From assembly GCF_018350175.1 (NCBI RefSeq), contig NC_058383.1, positions 992,001-1,056,000 on the forward strand: a stretch of DNA of 64,000 nucleotides, read 5' to 3'. Under the pieces are notes generated by a model, which saw nothing but the letters and a program-made list of their open reading frames with translations, did no database searches and was not told the origin of the DNA. This DNA is from Felis catus. Its lineage: Eukaryota. Positions 13,731-24,400 of this stretch are shown here, in pieces (position 1 is the stretch's first letter; every line of letters starts with the position of its first letter). The position numbers and the translations under genes are program-made.

Positions 13731-14495
13731 ATTTATTTATTTATTTGTTTATTTTTACCTTCTGACTCCCTTCACCCGTTTCTCCTCCCTGCCCCGGCAA
13801 CCACCAATCCGTGCTGCTTCCGTGGCCTTGGTTGTGTTTCTTAAAGATCCCCTGTACCACTGAGATCATGTTCTACTCCTCTTTGACTTATCTCACTTAG
13901 CACAGTGCTCTCCAGGTCCGTCCGTGTTGTCGCAAATGGCCAGATTTCATTTCTGTTTATGGCTAATATTCCGCGGTGCGTGTACCCGCCCCCCCTTCTT
14001 CTTCGTCCACTTGTCCGTCAAGGGACACTCAGCTGCTTCTGTGTCTGGTCTGTTGTGAATAACGCGGCAGTGAACGTGGGGGTGCAGACACCATTCTGAC
14101 GGAGTGCTTTTGTTTCCTTTGGGTAGATACCCAGAAGTGCGATCACTGGATAAGTAGACCTGCTTTTGACTTTTGAGGCACGTCTGTACTGTTTTCACAG
14201 TGGCTGCGGCAGTGCGCATCCCCACCAGCGGTGCACGAGGACCCCTTTCCCGTACTCCCTCGCCAGCGCTCGGTGTCCTCTTGGTGGCGGCACCCTAGCG
14301 GGCGTGAGGAGCACCCGCTGGGGTTCTGACGCGCTCCTCTGACGAGTGCCGCTGAGCACCTTCTCACGTACACGTTGGCCGTCTGCGTTCTTTGCAGAAA
14401 TGTCTGTTCTCATCCTTTGTAATCACATTTTATTTTGCTTCTGGGTTGTGGGAGTGCTTTATGTATTTTGGAGATGAGTCCCTTATCAGAGGTAT
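13731..14495 (-). mobile_element. LINE-1 3' fragment (ORF2 end and 3' UTR), old subfamily
   Basis: (ATTT)n tail remnant, then typical antisense L1 3' text: tgagatcatg..ttgacttatctcacttagc..tccaggtccgtccgtgttgtcgcaaatggc..gggtagatacccagaagt..cccaccagcggtgcacgagg..cccttatcaga. Confidence 0.85.
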
Positions 14496-16270
14496 TAACA
14501 TACTAACTTTTGACAACCTGAAAACTTAATTCTGACACATCTGATCCGAGGATGGCAAAGTGTGGCTCTGTGTTTTGCCACATTCCATTCAGGGAAATCG
14601 CTCCATTTGGCCCTGGTCTCTCGGGAGATTTAGCCCATGACTTGGTTGCCATTGTGTTTCTGTCGGCAGAATATATCCCCTCCGGGGTGATGCGATGACT
14701 GAGTTCAGAGTCTGCCTGTGCAGAAGCATGAAAATACACTGGACACCAGGGTCCTGGTCTTACTTGCCCCTGCTAGCTGTGAAATTCTGGACAGGTGGGG
14801 CCTAATCTACTTCCTGGCCAGTAAATCAGGGGCAGAATTAGAGAAGGTTCTGGGTTGCCTCTGTCCGTGAACGTGCTATTTCTAGTGAAGGGCGCAGCGC
14901 CCCTCTGCTGCAGGGTTTCCCCCAGTCCTGAAAGTCTCAGACCCGACCCCCTCCACTCCTCAAGCTGTGGGCTGCACAGCGGGGGGTTCCGTGGCCCCGG
15001 CTCCACTGGGGAACTCTCGTGTTGGCCGAGCGAATGGCGGGTTGCAGGGTGCCCGGCATTGCAGCCGTGGGGCCTCTGACCTCACACACACCTGCTACCA
15101 CGGAGTCTCAGTCCTCGTCCTCTCACGGCGGGTGGGCAGGGCTGGGGCCAGGGTCAGTCCCAGGTCCACCACACACGGCCAGGCTCTTGGGTCAGGAAGC
15201 CAGCACTGTTCTTAGGGGACACGGGACCCAGCGGTGGGCTGGTTTGGGGTGGCAGTGCTATTTCAAATAAAAAGACCCTTTTCCTCGCTCATCTGTTCTG
15301 CTCTTTGCTCTAGAAAGAGCTCCTAGGAGAAGAGGGAGATCCCAAGGGCACAGAGCCGAGAGCCACGTGGGTCTCCGCCCACAGCCCCGGAGTCCCTCAC
15401 CCCAGCTGGGCTCCCCCAAACAGAAGAGAGGCCGAAAATCACGGTCTTGTTTTCACTTTCTCAGTGGCTTTGGTTGCAACCTGGCTTGTTTCTGGTGACC
15501 TCCGGGGGCCTGAGCGGGTCCCACCCGTGCCGGTGACAGAGGGCCCCCGGGGATGGGTGGCAGGCTGGGTGTCTCACGGAGACCCCTCCGCTGCTTTCGC
15601 GGCATCCCCGGGTCTCACGGCTCGACCGGCCTCTGTGCTCTTCTCCCCGCTGGGGACACCTCCGCCACCAGCCCCATGTGCTTCCCGCATGGCTTTTGTC
15701 CATCCACAGTCACCTGGGCTGGATCCGGGGCGACTGAACGCTGCCTCCAGCGCTCCTGCCACGTGGCCCAAGACATGGAAAGAATTCTGAGCTGAGAGAA
15801 GAATGAGGAGTGGGTCGGGAAAGGCTCCAGTAGACTGTGAACGTGATCCTACATATTACATGTGTATTTTTTTATCTCACCAATCTCCATGTCTCCCAGT
15901 GGAAGTCTATGTTCCAAGGCCATTAATTTTGTTATCAGTCCCTCGTATTATACTTTTTAAGTTAATTTTAATTTTGCTGATCACAACAACTCATCTACCG
16001 TGTCGTGCTTATTTAAGGTTCTAGAAGGTGAATTTAATTTTAGGTTGCTTCACGAAGGTTATAAAATTTATCACGGGAAACCAGATCTCCCGCTAATTGT
16101 GGCAGATGCATCGGTAAGGCAGACCCCCAGTCCTTCATAGAACGCACGTGATGAAGGATAAACCTGGAGAAAATGATTAAGAAGCTAAATTACAAGTGAA
16201 GTTCTTGGATTTAAAATCAGCTGGAAAACTGGGGGAATTTTTCATTTCTCGTCCGTTGCGTCTCTTCCAG

Positions 16271-17070
16271 AGGTTGTACCGTTTGCCTCGAGTTCTACGT
16301 AAATCACGAAGAAGATCCTGCTGAAGAAAAACCCACACGTTTGAAGACTTAAGTCACTTGACACAAATCACCCACCTTCGGAATTCTCAAAATGTGTATT
16401 TCCAGGGGTGTATGACGTGTGGCAGAAACCGGCACGGGACTTAGCCTGTTTCCCCTGGTGACACGGGGCCCGCCACTTTTCGTTACTCCTCTGCTGCAGT
16501 GGCACAGCAGCAGCGTGTACCTGCACGCAACCTCAGGCAGCGCGGGGCGCACCCCGAACCCCGTGAGGACAGCCCCCCAAGTCTGGCAAACGTTCTTTCC
16601 CGAGAACGGACGTTTGACAACTGCTGACGCGTCCCGAGGGCCGAGGACAGAACTGAGTGGCCCCAGCGGCTCCGTGTGGGAGGGCCTGTCCCCCCGGCGG
16701 GAGGGCCTCGTCCCCCCGGGCAAGAGGGGAGCGTGCCGTGCACACGGCGAGTAAATCTGAGTAACGAACAGGGAGTCTCTGGGAATGAAAGAATCCGAAT
16801 TTACCCATCTTACGTTAATAAAGAACGCGAGGCGCAAAGAATTTTACCATTTGCCTCATTCCGTACGCGTGTAACACTGAAGTCCCGGGGACAAGCATTT
16901 GTTGAGTGGCTGTGACATTCTCGCCCCTCCTCCCGGTATTTGAAAACCGCTTCCCGGGAGGCTCTTGCGGGCCCGTGTGCCACTAACATCACGTGAACCG
17001 AGGAAACGATGCTACTGTCCGAAATGCTGTGAAGTCGGAGCGCGGTACGTTTCTACGTTCCGGCAGGGAA
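16271..17070 (+). pseudogene. Decayed ZPBP/Sp38-like module A
   Basis: Follows an acceptor-like tctcttccag. One stop-interrupted frame gives, in order, VAETGTGLSL (16419), SSVY, ASRGP (16629), FYHLPHSVRV (16842) and CPKCCEV (17016), then GTF in the next frame. This matches the motif order of ZPBP1/2 as recalled. Confidence 0.5.
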
Positions 17071-17711
17071 CACGGGACTCCGACCCGCTCTGCAGCTGGG
17101 AGCGCAGGCGTGTGTGCGGGGCGCCACCTAGTGGCCGCCGGCAGAGCTTCGCCCTGCAGGGCAGCTGGGCGCCGGCCACAGAACCCTGACCGCGCCTGCA
17201 CAGGGTGCTTCTCGCAGGGTTTACAGCCCATGTGGTCAGGGTCGGCGGGTCGTGCTCGGTGATTTATACCTTGGGGGCCTTCACCCCAAACCAGCCGCGG
17301 AGGAGCAGACACCCCGCCCCGCGCTCCCCAACAATCGGACGAGGGAAACTCCGCCCTGCGGATACCACGTGACTCAGGGAATTCAGGGCACATTGCGCTT
17401 TTCCAAAAACACGTGGTCAGCAGCAGTGGAGAGGAGCACTCGGACCACCCAGGCGCTGCTCCGCACACACACGCGTGTGCACACGCGTGTGCACACACAC
17501 ACTGGAGCCAGCAGAACCTGGCGCAGACAGGGACAGCAGCCAAGTCCGGCCTAGGACGCCGGACTTCTGCGCGGTTACGGCTGGGCGCACTATGTTTCCA
17601 GGGACGGCAGCCCCACACAGAGATTTCCGATCGCCAGCTGAAGCCGTGGCAGGGAGCATAGGTGAGAAAGAGACAGTTCAAAGATTATAAACGCTTTTAA
17701 AAGACGTTGCA

Positions 17712-17918
17712 GGGGCGCCTGGGTGGCTCTGTCGGTTAAGCATCCGACTCCGACTCCAGACTTCAGCTCAGATCACAATCTCATGGGTGGGATCAAGCCC
17801 CACCTCGGGCTCTGTGCGGCCCCCACGGAGCCTGCTTGGGACTGTCTCTCTCTCCCTCTCTCTGCCCCTCCCCAGCTCACGCGTGTGCACCAAGTAAATA
17901 AATAAACTTAAAAAGAAA
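17712..17918 (+). mobile_element. CAN-SINE (tRNA-derived, felid SINEC-type)
   Basis: ggggcgcctgggtggctctgtcggttaagcatccgact head, (CT)-rich tract and aataaataaa/A tail. Confidence 0.92.
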
Positions 17919-20900
17919 CGCTGAAAAGGCTCTCTCTCTAAAGAGGCGGTGGTGAGTGGCAGGGGGCTGGAGGGGAAAGTGCTCCCGCCCGCGGCCTCCG
18001 GGCCTGCCCGTGAACGGCCAGCTGGAAGGCCCCACAAGGCCGGCCTCTGCTCCGCGGGGCTGCCCCTCCCGTGCATAGTCTCAAAGCCTGCGGAGCGCCA
18101 CTACAAAGGGACAGGGCTCCACGGAGCAGGGCCTGGGGCACCTTGACCTAGGAAGTGAGGACAAACGGAGATGACCACGGCCACGCCCCCAGTGCCGACA
18201 GGACCCAGGCCCCGGCTGGAAGTGGTTCCTCCTGGCCATGTTTGGGACAACTTGAGCAAACAAAAAGTGAAGAATTAAAAGGGAAAAAAAAGCCCACAGA
18301 GACACTCAAAAAGGCAGGAAGCAGAGGGGAAAAGGAAGCAAAGGAGAAAACCAGCGCGTCTCCGACGCAGGAATGGAAGGATGGGCACCGCACAGGGAGG
18401 CTGTGGGCAAAGACGGCCAGGAGCGTCCGTGTGGTCCAAGCAGCACCTGCGGCCAACTTCTCAGCGAGGGGGGCCTGTGAGCAGGGTGCCCAGGCCCGTC
18501 GCCCCGCCAGAAGCACATGCCCACCTGTACCCGGGGCAGGAGGGGCCTCAGTGCCCCTGAGAGGGGCCATGGGGTCAGGCTGTGCGGCCACGGCTAATGC
18601 CCGAAAGGCAAGGCCTGGCCTGCGGGCAGGCAAAGGACAGGCTGGCCAGCCCGCCGGGGGGGCCGGACGCCACACCGGGGAGCATCAGCCCCAAGACGGA
18701 GAAGTGAGTAGCAGAGGCAGAACCCAAAAGACGGGCGGGAGGCAGTGCGGGGTGGAGTGGTCCTGCGGGGAGTCAGGGATGAGGGGTGGACGGCTGGGCG
18801 GAGGCGTGGAGAGACGGGCCGGGTCCCCACAAAGGAAGGAGACCACGAATTCCTGGTGGGTCCAGACGTCCTGAGCTTGGATCCCAGTGGCCTTCCAATC
18901 CCCGAACTGTCTCCCAGACTCCATCACTGTTCCTTGGGCCACTGTCCCTGGACTCTAGGCTAGGGACTCCCAAATTCCTGGCCTCCTTATTTCCACAGGC
19001 AGCCCTGTAGGCGGTCCCCAGACTGAGGACGGAAGCCCTCAGGGGCACTGCCAGCCTCTCCGTGGCCCCCCCACTGCTCCCTGTGCAGAGCCCGGGCCAC
19101 CTGGGAGTTCCCGTGACCCTCCTGCCGGGTCACACGTGGCTCAATATCCCTCTGACTTCCCAGGTCGTGCGGTCATACGACTAGCGGCACCGGACAGGGG
19201 CCGGGCCTCGCGGGAGCTGAGACACGGGTGACATACAGCGGCCTCTCCTAGAAGCCAGCAGCTGCCGCAGCGTGGCCCACGCTCCACGGCGACTTTCGGG
19301 CAGCGGGACCTGCGGGCCAGGAAGGAAAGGCCGTCGCGGTGAATCCCTGCCCGGGTGCGCTGTCAGGACGGTGGACGGACACCTGCCCGAACAGCAGCGC
19401 AGACAGACAGGGCCTGCCCCTCGAGTCCCTCCACTCGCTGAGGGGGTCAAGGAGATGCTTCTGTGACGACCCACGGTTCCACAGGGTGTGAACAACGCTC
19501 TTGCAAAGCGCCTGCTCCGGCAGGCCCCCTGCACGTCGCGCCCCGCCTGCCCCCCCCAGGAGCACGGAGCCCGCGCCCTCCCGGCCTCGGCCGACGCCCT
19601 TCACCTCCCCACCCGCAGCGCCCCATCCGCAAGGGGAGAGCCGGGCAAACACGGCCGGCGGGCCGTGCACTGCGACGGGAAGGCAGGTCGGAGCCACAAT
19701 AACCCAGATACGGTTTTCCTCTGAGAGATGTGTCCACAAAGCCCAGGTCCCCCAGTGTCTGAAAAAGCCCCGTTACTTAGTGCTATGGGTCTGCTGTGAG
19801 ATTCCGCGGGTGACGGAGGCCACATGAGCCGGGAGACAAATCAGGAAGCAGCCGGCAGGCCAGCCGCCTTGGCGACAGGCCAGCCCGAGACGCCAGCCCA
19901 CACGTCTGCAGGGCTCGCTCCCAGGCCGCGGCCTGGGCTGGAATGGAGGCGTCAGTCCGTAGTCGGCCCACCCTCTCCTCCGCTTGCTGACTGGACAGCG
20001 GCAGGACGACGACAGAGCAAAGGGGGACAGAGCCCGGGGAACGGGGATCGGCTGCCGTCAGGCAGGAGGAAGCCGTCTGAGGGGGCGGCTGCAAGGTCCG
20101 CGCACCTAAGAATAGCGGAGGCCAGCGGCGTTTGCCTCAAGTAATCCATTCCCAAACACGGAAAGGTGTCTTAGTGACAAGAGTCAAGACAAAGGGGTCG
20201 TTAGTGCTGGTATTACGGGAAGCGGGAAGCGACAGAAGAGGTGACTTCCCCGGGCAGCCACTCATCTTCGTCTCTAGGGACCTGCTTCCCTCCCCCGACA
20301 CCCACGGCGGTGGACTCACGCGGCACGTGGCTCCTCCCACCGAGCGCCGCGTCTGTACAGCACCCCCCCCCCCCCCCCCCCCCGCCTCGGGCCAGTATCC
20401 GAATGCCACTCCTCACGGCCGAGAAACCACATCCCCTCGTGCCACACACATCGACACGCACGGGGCTGCCTCCGCCTGTGGCCACTGTCGGGGGGGGGGC
20501 TGCCGTGAACACGGGTGTGCCCGTTCTGCACGGGGGAAGGCCACCTGTGGAGGCCGCGCGGGACGGCGTGGTGACGTCCGCAACCTCCGCCGTGAGCAAA
20601 GCCGAGGGCAGACGTCCCTCCCGCAGGTGTCCTCATCTGCAAGGACAACACCCAACCGTGCGCCCTGAGAGACGGGGGTGGGTAACAGTCGCCGGTCCCG
20701 GAACGAGTTGCCGCCTTCCCAACACGGGGCCAGCGATGCGCACCGCGAATCGGGGACGGGGACGCTGGGCCGCAGCCTGCACTGTGAGTTCCCGCTCCAG
20801 GGGGACAACCCACCCACTGGCCGGCCCCGTGGGCAGGGGAGGGTGTAGGGCCAAGGGCATCCCCTCCACGCTCTCGCCCATCTCCAGGGCCCGTGTGCGC

Positions 20901-21379
20901 TTCGTGTATGCAGAGCTCGGACACACTTTTACCTCCTCGCCAGCGCCTGCCAGGAAACCGCCTTCGCCTGGCCCGCACGTGGCACCGAGGGCACGTGGCC
21001 GCACGAGGCGGCGGCAGGCCCGGGGGTGAGGCGGCCCAGCGCCCCGTCCCGGGAGCCGTGTCTTCCTGCACCTCAACCCTGATTCAGGGCCCGGGGGCTC
21101 GGGGCGCAGACGATCCCAAGCGGGGATCCCAAGCGGGCCCACAGACACACAGAGCCAGGATGTGACAAGAAGGCAGGCCGAGTCCTCAAGACCCCTCAGG
21201 AGGAGGGTGCTGGGGCGCCCGAGCGGTAGACGGACAGCGGGCTGGACAGGGGGTCAGGCCAGGCTGGGCCGCAGAGGCCGGCCCACCTCAGACACACGCG
21301 GGGCCTCGTCTCTGTGAGGGTCCCGGCTCGTGGCAGAAACCTGGCTTTGCCGACTGTCCTGGGCCCCCCACGTCCCGGT

Positions 21380-21480
21380 GTGCTAACTCATTTAGCCCTC
21401 CAAGACCCCGAGGGGCAATGCTGTAATTACTGCCAATTTACAGGAGGAGACGGAGTCCTGGGGGCTAAGCAGCCGGCCTG
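21380..21480 (+). mobile_element. MIR SINE core remnant
   Basis: ctcatttagccctccaagaccccgagggg..attactgccaatttacaggaggagacggag resembles the MIR core; orientation uncertain. Confidence 0.45.
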
Positions 21481-24400
21481 ACACCCCCAATGTCAAGGCT
21501 TCAGGCTCTCCCCTCCACTCGGGACCAGGGACTCAGGATGTAAGTCTCCGTGGTTCTTTTAGCAGCCACGCTTGTCCTGTGTTTTGTCCACCGGCCCACG
21601 GCCGGCTCGGCTGAAGCCTGGGCAGGTAGGGGGCCAGGGTGAGTGGGGAAGGCACCGCAGAGAGCGGAGGCAGCAGCCCATGCAGGCCGGAGGAGGACGC
21701 TGCCTGTCTGCCAGCGGGGGCCACGGCACAGAGCGAGTGCACCGAGGGCACCGCAGGCAGGAGCCAAACCACACACCGGCCCTCCCAGTGGCAGCAGCTG
21801 GGGAGGACCGTGGTTTTGTCAGCTTAAGGAAGACAGGAGGTCGGGGCGGGGAGGGGGCGGGTGGCCAGCCAGGCCTGTCGCTCGTCCGGTAGCTCAGAAA
21901 TTCCCCCTCGAGGCTGGGGGAGTTCACAGGGAAGGCTATCTTGCTAACTTAGGGCTCTCGGAGGAAGAGACCGCCAAGGCCCAAGCTCACGGACGCGGGA
22001 GGCAGGATGCCCCCAAAGCGTATGACAGAAACGGGTACTGCTCCCCGGGAGCTCACTCTCGCCTAAGGAGGGGGGGCCCAGATTCCACTGACGAGAACGT
22101 CGCCCCACGACACCGTCCACAGGAGGGGCCCTTTCTGGGGGCAGTGCCCACCCACCGGTCACGTCATCCCCAGACATCCTTCCAATAGCTGTGGGAAGCT
22201 CTGTAAACCTACTCACGACAGGAAGCCGGGGGGCGGGGGAGGCCTGGGGCTGCACACGGGGACTCGGAACCTGGAGACCCTGCTGGGGTCGCACACAGGG
22301 GCGCTCGGGGCCGAGGGAGGCACGCCCGGCCCTGCCGTAGCCCAGGGCTCCTCTGCTCGCCTGTGCACCGGGGGCTGGAGGCCTTTCTTCCCTACCGGCC
22401 ACGCACGCTCGTCAGGGACAGGGGGCTGGTGGCCACGGGGATCTAATGACAAGGCACCTCGTCACCCTGGGAGCCCAGAGGAGAACGCAGGCCTGAGACT
22501 GGCAGTGGCCCAGCCCCCTCTTCCGGGCCCCAGGTCTCCCATCTCTAGGGGAGGTCAGCCCCTTTCAGTGGTCCTCAAACCTCTGGGAGACTCCCCCACT
22601 CCAAAGCAGCTCCTCAGACCCCAGGCTCTGGGAACAGAGGCCCCAGGCCGGTTCCTTGTCAGCTGCTCGCCAGCAACAACACTGCCGTGGGGGCCACACG
22701 TTGTGAGAGACCTTCAAACAAAACACTCTCCAGCCCCAGCCTTGCTGGCGCGGGGCTCCTGGAGGTGTCCTTCGCCTCTGTGGAGCCTCTGTGGGTTTCG
22801 CACGGAGCTCACGTGGCCCTTGGATGCCATCAGTGACCCCAGCGGGCAGGGCGCTGCAGAGAAAGTCCCCCAGCTGCATAAGGGACGCAGACACCTGGCA
22901 GAGGGCTCCGCATGTCACGTCTCCCGCCGGTGCTGGCTCAGGGAAGCCACGCGTCCAAACTCGTGTCTCAGCTCTTACTTCCTTGAGGCAGGCCCCCTCC
23001 TTCAGGAGTTTGGGGACCCCCAGGCCACTTCCTGACTCTCCGTGCTGACCCCATCCTCCCTCCAAAACTCGCACCTGCCTCGTGCCCAGCCTTGCCAGGC
23101 CACGGGTGACCAGCGCCCTTCAGGCGACAGCGCCCTGACTCTGCCTAACCCCGAGGGAGGCTCTAGGCACAGGCCCGCAGGGCAATAAGGGATCAGTCTG
23201 CCTCTGTGTTCAGGACTCCGGCTGCCTGATGCCCACACCCCGTTGTCGGGGGGCAGAGGGCAGAGGGCAGAGCCCCAAGCCCCGGCCTGGGTGGTGCCAA
23301 CGCGGGCCCTGGGGCCGAGCGCTCTCAAGGGAAGGTTTCGGGGACTTTCCCTTGGCTAGACAGGTTGTGAGCGCTTCTTCTGTATTACGGGTGGGGTTTT
23401 AGGTCCTATTTCAAGCTGCAGACGCTGCCCGCTTTCTGGGAGGGACTGTTTAGCGTGTGGAATCCGCTGGGTGCCCACAGTCGCTGGGAGGCACACGCGT
23501 TACTTGTTCCGGCCGCCACACCGGTGACTCTGTACGTAGGCCGACTTGAACCTGTCTGGGTCACGCGGCCAAAGCATATGCTGTTCCCAGTGCAGCCTGT
23601 GTGGCTGGAACGACCTAAGACTGAATTCCTGTCCTCCTTACAGAACTGGAGGTCTCTGCCCGGCCGCTGCCAGCAAGGGAGCTCGTGGGGAGGGGAGGAC
23701 CGGAGACGGACAGGAGCCGCCTGCACAGCTCACAGGCCCTGGCACAGTCAGCCGCCAACCCTCTGGGCTTCCTTTTCTTTCCCCGCCTCCGTCTGCTTCC
23801 CCACCACCCGCTCAGCCGCCGGCCGGGGGACGGGCGATTTCACGGTTGAGCGACGTTTCACTCTGAAAACTCAGGTTTCTTTATACTGTAGATTGGCTCC
23901 AGTAAAAAGTAAAACAGAGTTCATTTTCCTAGACTTTCAGCCTGGAAGTGACTGAACAGACCGCTCAGGGCTTCCTCGTTCAAAAAAAGATGATCACTGG
24001 CTCCAGCGCTGTGTCCTGAAGACAGAACCGGAAAGGCTTGTCCATGGGCAGCACACACATCTGGATGCAGACTGAAGCCGCCAGAGGCGTGGCTAGCGCG
24101 GGGGCACGAACACGGAGAAGGTTCGGTCTGGCAGAGCACAGTGTATGCACCTTCCAGCAGCCACATCTGGCACGTGTATGTTTCATAGGGCACGAATCGG
24201 GGGCGGGGGGGGGCGGGGGCTCTTTCCGCAACTGTGGTCGGGAGGAGCTGGGAGCCCAGACCTGGCAGCGTTTCTACCCAGAGGCCTGGGAAGGAAGGTT
24301 CAAGTTTTCAACACGAGCAGGGGCGGCCAGGCTTCCGCACAAGGCGGGCTTTGTGTTCAGGTGACGCTCAGTGTGGTGTGGAAAGAAAGGGTCCCCCCAC

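Noticed and set aside
14550..14700. FREIAPFGPG resembling FQVNPFAPG
   Set aside because: Single short motif abutting an L1; insufficient support.
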